Positions 14,359 through 25,257 of a stretch of 64,000 nucleotides of DNA are shown here, in pieces. Position numbers and translations under genes: made by a program. Within the stretch, counting starts at the first letter, position 1; each line of letters starts with the position of its first letter. Origin of the DNA: Microbotryum violaceum (taxonomy: Eukaryota); contig CDLV01000021.1 of the NCBI GenBank assembly GCA_001244265.2, forward strand, positions 62,001 to 126,000. The letters run 5' to 3'. Below the pieces are notes generated by a model that saw only the letters and a program-made list of their open reading frames with translations, had not been told where the DNA came from and ran no database searches.

Positions 14359-14612
14359 ACGTTCGGTGGGCGGAGTGGTGCTGCGTGGTGCGAGATACTG
14401 GGAGCAATGCTTCCTCTCATGATAAGGTCAAGGGGTGAGAAGTGAAAGGGCTGTTGTCTTGGGCAGTCGGGAGCGGAATGTGGGGCCGCGCACCTCCGCG
14501 CACTCGAATTTCATTTCAAAACGCGCACTCAAGATTACAAAATACAAAAGGGCTAGAAAACATGAATATATCTCGGATCTAGCTAGCATGAGCAAGAACG
14601 AGTCGCCGGTCA
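14359..14612. repeat. Left arm of a 254-bp inverted repeat (AKR promoter/5' UTR)
   Basis: Reverse complement of 15543-15796; only one mismatch was seen on manual comparison. Confidence 0.97.
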
Positions 14613-15043
14613 AAGTGTAAACCAGTACTTCCGCTGCCGCCGAGCTTGATCGACAAGGTGTCCGGGTTTTCCCAAGGGTCGAGCGTTAACGCGTTAACCT
14701 CAATGTGGCCCCTGTCCTCGCTTCAGGTCAGCCACGCACTCCGCTCGGCATATGGCGCTTGGCGTTGGACTCGGAAGCGTTAGAGGTGGAAGGGTGGAGA
14801 TTTGAAGTCGCAGAATGGCTTGTCGGCCTCCCTTGGCCGACACGACTGTCATTATATGGTTGCATCGTCCTTCAGTCTACGTATAGTACCTGTTATGGTA
14901 CTTCATCTTGAGCCTCTAGCGACTTCATGAATCCCTTCAGCACCTCATTTGTCTTACCCTTTTTTAGTCACTATTAGCTCTTTATTATCTCCGCTTATCA
15001 TCCCTTCCTAGTCCTTCTGGAGTTTGTCCCTTAGCCTTTGGCC

Positions 15044-15164
15044 ACTCTGTTCTCGTCCCGTTCCATTGGACTGAGTCGTGGTCTTCATCAGGTATGCATT
15101 CTCTGGAATCCTACTTACTCTGTTCTCGTCCCGTTCCATTGGACTGAGTCGTGGTCTTCATCAG
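15044..15164. repeat. Perfect 48-bp direct repeat (15044-15091 and 15117-15164) separated by 25 bp
   Basis: actctgttctcgtcccgttccattggactgagtcgtggtcttcatcag occurs twice. Confidence 0.97.
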
Positions 15165-15542
15165 TTACCACATGAGAACATTTTTACAATAACGACGGCC
15201 GAGGCAGTACAGCAATGGGCTGCTACCAGTGACTCCGAGTCGCTCCTCGCCTGCGCTCTCCACACTAGCCTCCACTCTGACGTCAGCTCCACTTGGCGCC
15301 CAAGGTCGATCTCACGTTCAGATTGACGAAGGTACACGATGCCCTCCTCAGCAGTGAGTATGCAAGTACACTCATCCTGTCGTGCGAGGTAGCTTACTTC
15401 TAGCGTGCGCCTGTAATCTTTAACCCTCCCACCGCCGCCGCCGCGTCTCGGTCGACAACTTGAAGGCCCTCTTACTGTTGCTTGCGAATTCAAGGCTTCA
15501 CCTCCGAGTCGGAACTCTAGTAACGTGGAAGTGCTGTGGCAG

Positions 15543-15796
15543 TGACCGGCGACTCGTTCTTGCTCATGCTAGCTAGATCCGAGATATATTCATGTTTTCT
15601 AGCCCTTTTGTATTTTGTAATTTTGAGTGCGCGTTTTGAAATGAAATTCGAGTGCGCGGAGGTGCGCGGCCCCACATTCCGCTCCCGACTGCCCAAGACA
15701 ACAGCCCTTTCACTTCTCACCCCTTGACCTTATCATGAGAGGAAGCATTGCTCCCAGTATCTCGCACCACGCAGCACCACTCCGCCCACCGAACGT
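15543..15796. repeat. Right arm of the 254-bp inverted repeat (copy of the AKR promoter pointing rightwards)
   Basis: Matches the reverse complement of 14359-14612. After a 2-nt gap it continues tcATGTC, which includes a copy of the AKR start codon at 15799. Confidence 0.97.
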
Positions 15797-15970
15797 TCAT
15801 GTCAATGCAGCAAATTAATGTAAGCATTTTTGCAGTCTCTGTCTTCCCAAGGACGGAACGCTCGAGAATTCGGGGCCACCTCTCGCTCGAAATTGTTCGA
15901 CACAGGAACAGTCGGCATCATCCTCACCCTGTTCGGAGCTCAATGATGTCACCAATACGCGCTTCCCGCA

Positions 15971-16872
15971 AAGTCGAGCCATACGTCAAAATTGAGCTAC
16001 ATGCCGAAGCTGAAGCGCCGATGCCGAAGGCGAAAACACAGTCGGGATAAGATCACCGAACCCATTCCCCTCATTCTCTTGCCATTGGAAGACCCACCAA
16101 GTCCACTGTGTTCTTGCTCTCATTCAGAAACCTGCGTCCGACGAGTCCGTTTCTGCTTTACCTGCACGGGATCCTGCTTATCGAGTTCGGTTACTCGAGT
16201 GTCTAGCGGAGGAACGATATCACAGAACAGAGCTGGCCAACTGATGAAACCACCTGGAGCTGGATACCCTGGGTACGAGGGTTGAGCCGGGCCGGGTCCG
16301 CTGCGGCATCATTAGTAGTCTTCTGTCGTAAGTCGAAGTGATGAGTACGTACTGTGCTGTGCGTTTCACGAGTGAAACAAGAATTGTCGGTCTTTGGCCG
16401 ATAGTAGTGTTCGATTATGCCAACGGGACAGTGCTCTCTCGACCATTTGGCAAATTCGGTACTGCGCGGCCCGCGTTGCAGTGCAAGGTGAGAACGAACG
16501 CCGGTATGCATGGGAAGCGATGACACCCGAAATTGGATAATGATCGGCGGCTACGGAAAGCTACTACTACGGATGACTCGGAGCATGGAGCTCAGTTGTG
16601 AGCGCAGATCAGCGCGACATGTGCCCAGCCTACAGCCTGCCTAGTAGGGCAGGTCAGTAGCACCACCGGTCTTTGCTGCATGTGGGGTAGCAGCGCGGTG
16701 TCAAACGAATCAGGACACTGATCGGGGCTCTCCTATCTGGCTTCGAGAGCCAGGCGCATGCGAAATATTTCGGCGAGTTCGTCCGATACAGTCTCAGAAT
16801 AGCGTCATTTGGTTGGCACTCCCGATCGTTCAAAACGGAAGCTTCAGTTCAAAAGGGCTTCAGGGTTTGACA
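15971..16872 (-). pseudogene. Decayed coding relic, paralogous to 51036-51896
   Basis: Colinear shared blocks (aagtcgagcca, gtccgctgcggca, tcacgagtgaa, catggagctcagttgtg, ggctctcctat, gcttcaggg). Minus-strand peptides align (VTELDKQDPVQVKQK vs VAELDKHGLVLVKQK) but are interrupted by stops and frameshifts. Confidence 0.65.
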
Positions 16873-17393
16873 ATAGTTCATGAGTCATTGCAGCTCGCCT
16901 ACTCTACATGCAAAAGATTCTGGAAAATAACACAAGTTGCCACTCTATATCCCCTCGTTTCTCTGAGTGGAATTCGACCGGACTCGGAGCGATTCAAGTT
17001 TTTGGCGTTTCTGACTATTGGAGAGCAATTGTTGAGCAATTCATAGCATTGAATTCGTCGTGTTTGAATCCGACGTACGTCACAAAATCGATTCAAATCG
17101 ACGCCTTAGATACCTTCTCTCGATGTACAAATCGGCCCAAAATCGTTCGGTTTCCCGAGAGGCACATTAGGCTGAGCTTTCCCAGGTCCTCTGCTGTGAG
17201 TTCGCCCCAGACCTGGTGGGTCGTACGAGACTGTTTCGCTCTCTCCGGCACACGATCGGACGCGTTAAACCTACTCGTCGTCAAGTTTTCAAGACCAACG
17301 AGACGAATCTGGTCCTCTTCAGGCGTCGCCGAAGCTATAACGTAAGCGGCGACACGTCGAGACGCGTCGGAGCGATCTGGCTTACCCTCAGCG

Positions 17394-20365
17394 ATGCAGG
17401 TCAGTCAATCCGCGCCAACCCATGATATCATCTCGAAGAGGGGTCGTCCGACTGACCCTAAACGCTTCTATATTCAGCATGAAATCCTCCTGTTGCTGTC
17501 ATCGCACCCCTCGCCGTTGTCAGCAGCGTCAGGGGTAGGGTCGAGCTCCTTGTCGTCGAGCTCGACAGCAAGCACGTTATTGCATCCAGGTGAACGCGCC
17601 TCGATACAACGCCTCACCGAGCTCGCTCAGCTCCACTCCAAAGTCTCGGTCTTTTGCTCGCCGACATTGAGCGCACACCGATCAGATCAGCCCGCCGAAA
17701 CCCGCTCGTCAGCGACGATCGAAGGGCTGCTCCCGACGACGGCATTGGCGGCACTACGATCTCTTATGTCGACAAGGATCCTTGGAGCGTATTCGACCAC
17801 ACTACTCGCATTGGAACAACAGATCTTGCAAGGGCAGTTAGGAACGGCTCACGTGCCGCTCTCTCATGTCCTCGGCGAGATGACGGCCTGGGAACCGATC
17901 CTGCTCGGCGTGGCCCGCCTCATCGATTCATTGCTGCTCGGACCCGAAGCCTTTGACCCTGAGCAGTCGGGAACACCACCGCAAGGGCGCAACACGGGAA
18001 AATCCAAAGTGGGATTCCGAATGCCGACAGAAGCAACCACATCTGGCCCTGCCGAGAAGGTTCCACAGCAATGGACCTGTGCTCCTCTCCTCTCCCTGCT
18101 CGACCAGCAGCTAGCGACGGGGAATGAGATGCTGCGCCGACTCTGGTCCGATGCCATCAAGACGATCGAGCGAATATGGTTGAGCAGCTTTTGCGCTTAC
18201 CTACTCTACGGTCAAGTTGACGGGGTTGAGTCCTTGCTTGTCCGACCTTCCGCTGGCCGTGGATCCAAGAAGATTTCTTCACAGCCCCACCGCGTAACGA
18301 CGACAGCACAGCATCACTACCACATCCCAGATTCCTCCATACCCTATCTCGGCCCACTTGTAAACCCTTCTATCCGGGCCACGATCCTCAAGTCGCTCTC
18401 GACCATCTCGCTTGCCTTGGCCGTCCTTCACTCCATCTCAACCTCGGACACGGCAGAACTCTCCCGGCTGAGATCGTCAACTCCCTCTTCGAGCAACATG
18501 GTTACACTGGGCTCCAAACTAAAGGCCCAGATAGAGGCAGAGTTACGTGGCTGTACGGGACCAGGGGATGACAGCTTCGGACGACGACTCGATTCAATCG
18601 CCAGTAAGTACTTGAAGCGCTAGTCTTGTCGGCTCCCAGCCTTGACTCGCAACCGGATCCTCCTCTTCGCAGTCATCCTTTCTACGCATCTCCTCACACT
18701 ACACCTCCCACATCAAGCTCTGAACAGTCAGCTCGATCTCCTCTCCTCGACTTATCTCCTCCGCTGCGGATCTTTCGCCTGGAATCTTTTGCACGAGCTC
18801 TCAACACTTCGAGCGCGCCTGATGCGCACGGCAGGCACGATTGCGAACGCCCGACTGAACGATTCGTACCTCGCCTCGGCCATGTCCAGAGCGAGCAGTG
18901 GGACGATCCTCGATCCCGATCTCGACCCTTTCGCACCAGACGAGGCGTTCGGCCGTTCTCAGCTCCCCGAAACGTCCATCAAAGTTTTCAAATTGACGCT
19001 AGTGCCCCAAGCCCCAGAAGAGGATGCGCTGCAGGCCGACCCATTCACCTCTCGCTTGCTGGGCCCTCCTCTTTCGCTCGATTATCAGCCTAGTCCTGCG
19101 TTGGCGTTGCTGATCGACGAAGACTGCTTGAGCGTCTACAAGAGGTGCTGGGGCCTGTTGATTGCTGTCAAAGGATGCCATGCTCGGTTGCTGACCACGT
19201 GAGTATCTTCTCCGTGCTCGCCTCAAGACTGGCTGGACGAAGTACCAATTCCCTATGTGCAGGTCGAACCCCTGATCCTGTCACTTATCCCGTCTGTAGG
19301 TGGTCCTCCCTCGCCCACTCTCAACGCTCGTCACTCAGGCGTCAGCCACCCAAACCGATCCGACTCAAAGGAGCGAAGCGGACCGAACAACAACTTGACG
19401 ACTTGCGTGCTTCTCGAGGCATCTGGAATCTCGTGCGGTCGATGCTCTGGACGCTGGAAGCCGTATCAGCGCACTTCCAAACGGACGTTATCGAGCAAGC
19501 GTTCGGGACGTTGATGGGGAGCCTAAAGAACGCCGATAATGCGAATGCACAATCGTCTGATGAACCTTCAGACGACCTCGGTGAGAATGTGGACGAGGGC
19601 GGTCAGGCTCACTCGACATCAAAGCCTCCCCTGCCATCGTCAGGCGCTTCCCCACCTCGTGCCCTCAATTTCGCCGATCTCGCGGTTCTACACGCCCTTT
19701 ACCTCAGTGCGATCTCCACAGGTCTCCTACTCAACAGCGATCAACTCACGGCCCAGATTCTAGCGATCCTCGAAGCCTGTGACGTGGTTTGTTCCACTAT
19801 CGATCGCTGGGGAGGGGAGATCCGGCCTGGTCGTCTGGTCGGCACGATGAGTGATGAGGATGCCGCGAGAGTCGAAGGGGAGAGAAATGACGTGATTCAG
19901 AGATGGTCGCAAGAATTTGATGATGTCTTGGACGAGTTCTTCGAATTGCTTTCGACGTGAGTCTGCTGGAAAACTGCGAAGATGATCGATTGATCAGCAT
20001 GCTCACGCTGTCTACCCCTATCACACAGCGTCTCAACAAAGCCTTCCAAGCCCGACCTAACCTCCACCTCCTTCGCCCCTTCCTCAACCTCCCTTTTCCA
20101 CCGCTCAGCCCTATCCCTGCTGCCCGGCGCAAAAACCTCATCTTCCTTCACCTCCGCTTCCACACGCGGTCCGATCCATCCTATAGTAGCTCAAGCGCGT
20201 TCAGAGGCCGAACAACAAGCCCGAGAAGGTATTAGCAAGTTGTTGCTGAGGCTGGATTTCGCGCATTGGTTCGGTTCGAAAGTGGAGGACAGAGAGAGGA
20301 GAGGGGGCGGGGAGGACGGTGGTGGAGAGGGAAAGGAGAAGTTGCTGAGTGGGTTGAAAATCTAA
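17394..20365 (+). CDS. Spc97/Spc98-family gamma-tubulin complex component, GCP4-like
   Basis: Spliced start MQ|HEILLLLSSHPSPL, followed by LHPGER, LSLDYQPSPALALLI...YKRCWGLLIAVK, AHFQTDVIE, LAVLHALYLSAI and the C-terminal KLLLRLDF motif typical of GCPs. Confidence 0.8.
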
Positions 20366-22551
20366 GTTGCGGCAGATAAGACGTTCGCTCCAGCTAACGG
20401 TAACGCCGTTGGAGGTGGCTTCCGATCACAAGTACAAAGAGCTGGGTGGGGTCGCACGCGCTCCCGGACGACGATCGCAGTCCAGTGTCAATCTCCTCCA
20501 CTCGGGGAGGGAAGTAAGACGATCCTGCTGCAATTGCAACCTGTTGTACGTATAAAGCCTTGCTTTTGCTATAGGCTTTCGAATATTGCGCGATTGCGCA
20601 AGCTTCCGACCGGCGGCCGGGCTTGTTCCATCTGGCTCACACGCCGCCTTATATTGCCGCTAAATAATGCCTCGGGCCCGATCATCGTCGGGTTTGCGTG
20701 GCTTTTCACTTCCCCTTTGGCCCGTCTCAACCCGCGAGCCCTAGGGTTGTAAATTGTAGAATAGGTTAGCGCTGTACACAAAGTTGGCTAAAGCGAGAAT
20801 TTCTCTCTCGAACTTGAACAACAAAGTGTGGTCTTGGACGTTGCGACTCTCTTGTGCCACCTCCTCTTAGCACCGCCTTCCGAGTCTTTCTTTTTTGGTA
20901 TCAAGCCTGATTAGATTTCACATATTCGGTTATCTACGTCTTCAGTCGCCACGCCGAGGCCCGAGCGTTCTTCTCGCAGCGGCCTGAATTCCGTTAATTG
21001 ACGCGGGTGCTGGCTTTACTGCGCGCGGGCCCAGTCGCCTTTTACACGTCGACGCGCGCCTGGAACCTCACGCGCGCTGGAACCGCCCGGCACCCGAGAG
21101 CCGCTCTCAGAGATTAATACTTTTCGAGACCAGTCAAGCCTTGTAACATGCTAAACGAGGTAATTTCTGATGGTAGACTAACTTTTTACCTCTATATAAT
21201 TTGGACCTACACCGGAATACTTACACCCCTTGGATGGATTTTCAGTCACAATTCGGCCCCAAAGCGGGGATTTCCGAGAGGCTCGGGCCGACGTGAATCA
21301 GCCAGCCGCGCCTCGCCGGTCTCACCCTCGGTCCACAACTTACAACGCCAGTCCACGACGTCGCTACCGCCCTCATGATCCACCATGCCCGTACAAACGC
21401 CAACGCCTGTCAAGGGCACACCTCGTCGGTCTCCATCGATTGAGTTCAGAGAGTCGCCCTTACGATCAGCTTCGGGGGCAAAGCCAACGACATCAAGGGA
21501 TCATCACTCAACCAACACAACCCTCGAATTGCCTACGGTCTACCCGTCGCTCTCGGGCTGCTCACTCGAGATCACAGCTTTCGACTATTGCGTCGAGGCG
21601 TGCGTCGATCTAATCAGATGCCAAGACTTCGGGAGCCATGTCGTGGCTGAAGACGAAGGCGGATTTGGTTCGTTTCATCTCCTTCACAATGATTGAGTCA
21701 GACTGCACAGGTAGGTTGCAAGTGTTTCATTGATTCGGCCTCGTGCGTCTGGGCCATCTTCGCGGGCGAGTTGTATTATGAGATCAAGTACATGATTGAG
21801 CTGGGTCCAATTACTGTTGAAGAGCTTTGGCCTATGATTGTGAACACCATCGTGTTGTGTTGATGGGCTGAAATACCACGAAAGGTCTTGACATAGTGAG
21901 AGCTTGTGAAGCGAACAGATCCGCCTGACGGCGGCGATCCTGGCGAGTCGTCGAGTCATAGCGTCTGCGGTTGCGCGTCATTCTGAGATAAGCGCGGTGT
22001 TGCACCGAGAACAAGCGAAGAGCATAGTACCGGGAAGACGAGTGATGCGAAATGGGACAGGAGAGAAACCGATGCGCACACGCCGAAGTGCGGAAGCCGG
22101 CGGCTGCAGCAGCGTGCTGCCGCTCGGACCACTCGGGAGCAAATTGACCAAATCTGCACACTTCAGATCATTATAGCTTCGCCTACAGAAAGGTTATCCT
22201 CTTGTTGTTCCGCACAGGCATTTTTTCTAGTAGAAGATCAATAGCATCTCTGCGTTTTGGATCATTGTAAGTACTTGCCACGCTACAGAGAACCACCCCA
22301 AAATGGCCCTGAAATTTCGGAGGGCAACTGGGCCGCCGATAACTCGCGCGCCGATAACTCACAAGCCCCTCCCAGAGGGTCCGAGGGAGGGCTTAGTTGA
22401 GCTTACTACGAGAGGTGCTGTACTATACCCGCCTCTGAAAGATTGCCAGGCGCATCACCTCTGTAGCGCGGCCGCAGTCGGGGATCAGATCACGTTGTCC
22501 ACCTTCTTTCGCACCTCCGCTCGCTCGCAGTAGCCTCTCTCTCGTAGTAGC

Positions 22552-24849
22552 ATGGAGCCTTCCGTGGCGCATCACCGTGTCGCTTCCAACTCGTACCGCA
22601 TCGCCATGACGCAGCAACCTCACGCGACGACGCCTTCCAATCATGGCCACGTCCATGATGGATCCTCCGCGTCGACCTCGCAGGCGAACGGAAACGGTAC
22701 GACGACAGTGCATCCGCCCTCGCCATCGAGGACGCGACCGCTCGGGCCTCGGCGCTTCGGTTCGCTGTCGTCGGCGGCGTCGCATCGCACGTCCTCGCTC
22801 GAACGGATACGGATCTACGTGACCGACCGGTTAAGCCATCGCGTGTTTAGTCGGAGGAACGGACCGAGGAGATGGGTAGTCCTGCTCGTCGTCGTCGTCG
22901 GCCTGTATCTGCTGCGACAATGGTCGACCGAGTCACCACCGGACGAACCACGACTGCCGAATCGACCGTCGAGTAGTTGGTCCTTGCTGGGGTATCGCAC
23001 ACCGCTCGACGTTGATACGCCCGTCGTTGATCGCGCCATGTTCGCCAAGCTCAAGCTGCTAGAGATCCATCAGGGCGCGGACGTACTCCTCGAACTGGAT
23101 GGTGTAGAGCACGACGCCGAGACGAACGTCGACCACGACCCGAAGCAAGTGCCAACACTGAGAACGCCGACTGCGACATCCGCATTGCATATCATCGGCG
23201 ACGACGAAGCCGAATCCGAACAAGTCGTGCCTCTCGTAGCGCAACTTCCCAACGTCGCTAGACCAAACCCTTCTCTGGCTGCACCATTGCCGAGAACACC
23301 GGCGAGGGTTGTCGATGCCGAGGTTTGCCCCGAACGGAATGGCGAGCCGTGTGAATTCTTGTTGGCCGCCTGGTTGGGTCAGTAGTGTTCCTGATTCCGG
23401 CGGCTCAAGTGCTGTTGCTGACCGTGAATCCTCTTCGGCCCCATAGGCGAGCAAGAAACCAAGGCTCAAACACACATCTACCAACTCGGACTGCTGGCTG
23501 TAGCACTCAACCGGACACTCGTCGTGCCCAACGTCGGCCGATCACGACTCACGACCTGCAACCCGAGCCCGTTTGATTTCTACTACTCGAAAGACGCCCT
23601 GTCGCGCTTGGGCATCTCAGCGATCGGCCAGACCGAGCTGATCGAATGGGCCGAGAGACGCGACCCTCCTCCGACGGGCCAGGTCGTCAGTCTTGTCACC
23701 TCCGGGCCGACCTACCCGAAAGGCGCGATCGAGATCGACAGTGCGTCGGACCCACTCAACGTGCCCAACAAACCTTCGCGCAACATGTGCATGCGCTCGC
23801 CGAGGAGTCGGGTCGAGTTTGACGACTACTCGCCCCTGACGATCTACCCACCCATGGGTTATCACAAGACTGAAAAGTCACGCATGGCCTTTGGGGAAAG
23901 CGTCATCAACACCCTGCGAAGTGAAGCCGTGGGCCAGAGGTCTTCACGAGTCAGCGCTAATCTCAAGGCAGAATACACGCTGCCCAACGTCCTAGTCTTC
24001 AACTACGAATTGCGTTACCCGATGCTCTCGCCGAATGTAGCGGCTTCTTTCAACCCAGAAGCAGAGAAGGTCGGACCCTTCCGACACTTCCCCTACGCCG
24101 AGATTTGGAGCGACTACGCCAATTCCATCGTCGCAAATCTCTCCCCCTTCATTGCGATCCACTGGCGAACCGAAACGATGAAGCCCGCAAATCTCGCCCC
24201 TTGCGCCATCTCGCTCGTCCACAAACTCGCAGAACTCAAAACCCAACACCCCTCAATCAAAACCGTTTACCTCGCGACGGATTACCCGATCGAAGATCTT
24301 GACAGCACCAGCAAGGCCTCTGTCCCCCATTCAGGCACCTACGCCAAATTCGTCACCGAATCGCACCACAAAGTCTTCCGCAATTTCCTACGCGACTTCA
24401 CTAAATCACTTCCCGACCTGACCTTGACGACGTTCGCGAAGGAACAGGAAAAGGTCCCGCTCCCCTCGAACCTGTACGACATCTTCTCCGAGGCGATGAA
24501 GAAGCAATTGATGAGGGAGCACGATGATGTCATGCCCAAGAAACTCATCATCGAGGAGATCGATTCGGGATTGTACGGGATTCTCGACAAGGCGATCGCG
24601 ATGCGCGCTGAGGTATTCGTCACGGGCACGATCGGGTTGACGAGCGTCACCACAAATCGAGCATGCGCTAAGTTGAGCAGCTTCACGAACCAGGTCATCA
24701 TCGCTAGGGACGAACTGCGGACCGCCCAGGACGAAGGTGCGGACGAAGCAGAGGAAGAGACGATCAACATGCGGCCAGGAAGATTGTGGAATCATGTCAA
24801 CTACTTTAGCATGCCGGAGGGCACATCCGTAGATGCGTGGAGGATGTGA
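22552..24849 (+). CDS. Type II membrane O-fucosyltransferase-like (GDP-fucose O-FucT fold) glycosyltransferase
   Basis: TM anchor RRWVVLLVVVVGLYLL. One intron joins WLG|EQETKA...LAVALNRTLVVP. PFIAIHWRTE, VYLATD and GILDKAIAMRAEVFVTG match O-FucT-family motifs. Confidence 0.72.
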
Positions 24850-24926
24850 CGTGCAGATAATGCAACAGTGGATCCAAAATATAATATAAAGAAAACGGGC
24901 AGAAAATTCAGCTGCAAAACCATCTT

Positions 24927-24996
24927 CTACTCTTTTTCATCACGTGACTTGTCACCTACTCTCTTTCTTCACGTGACGTGTCACCTACTCTTTTTC
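24927..24996. repeat. 29-bp tandem repeat (about 2.4 copies), each full unit containing the palindrome TCACGTGA
   Basis: ctactctttttcatcacgtgacttgtcac / ctactctctttcttcacgtgacgtgtcac / ctactctttttc. Confidence 0.9.
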
Positions 24997-25257
24997 CATA
25001 GACCTCTCATCGCATGTATTGTCAACGAATTTGCCACGTCGACTCAGCAACTGGCAGGAGCATAAAGCTGCTATAGTCGCTTGCTAGCTCCCGCGGAGGA
25101 ACCCATCTCAGCCCAGGATCGGAGTCAAACTCTAACGTATCTGATGCATCAATGTAAAACTACATCGGCTTAAGAGTGATCGAGCGAGCCAATCTGCAGA
25201 TATGTAGCCCGCTTTTCTGTGTCGCGCCCCTGTCGAACGCTCTGTCGCCACCTGCGC

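Noticed and set aside
14428..14620. Identical 61-67 aa ORFs here and at 15517-15727
   Set aside because: These are translations of the non-coding inverted repeat arms, mostly from non-ATG starts.
14359..15796. Inverted repeat as a classical MITE or MULE with TIRs
   Set aside because: No target-site duplication was seen and the arm runs into the AKR start codon. It is kept as an inverted duplication, although a TE origin is not fully excluded.
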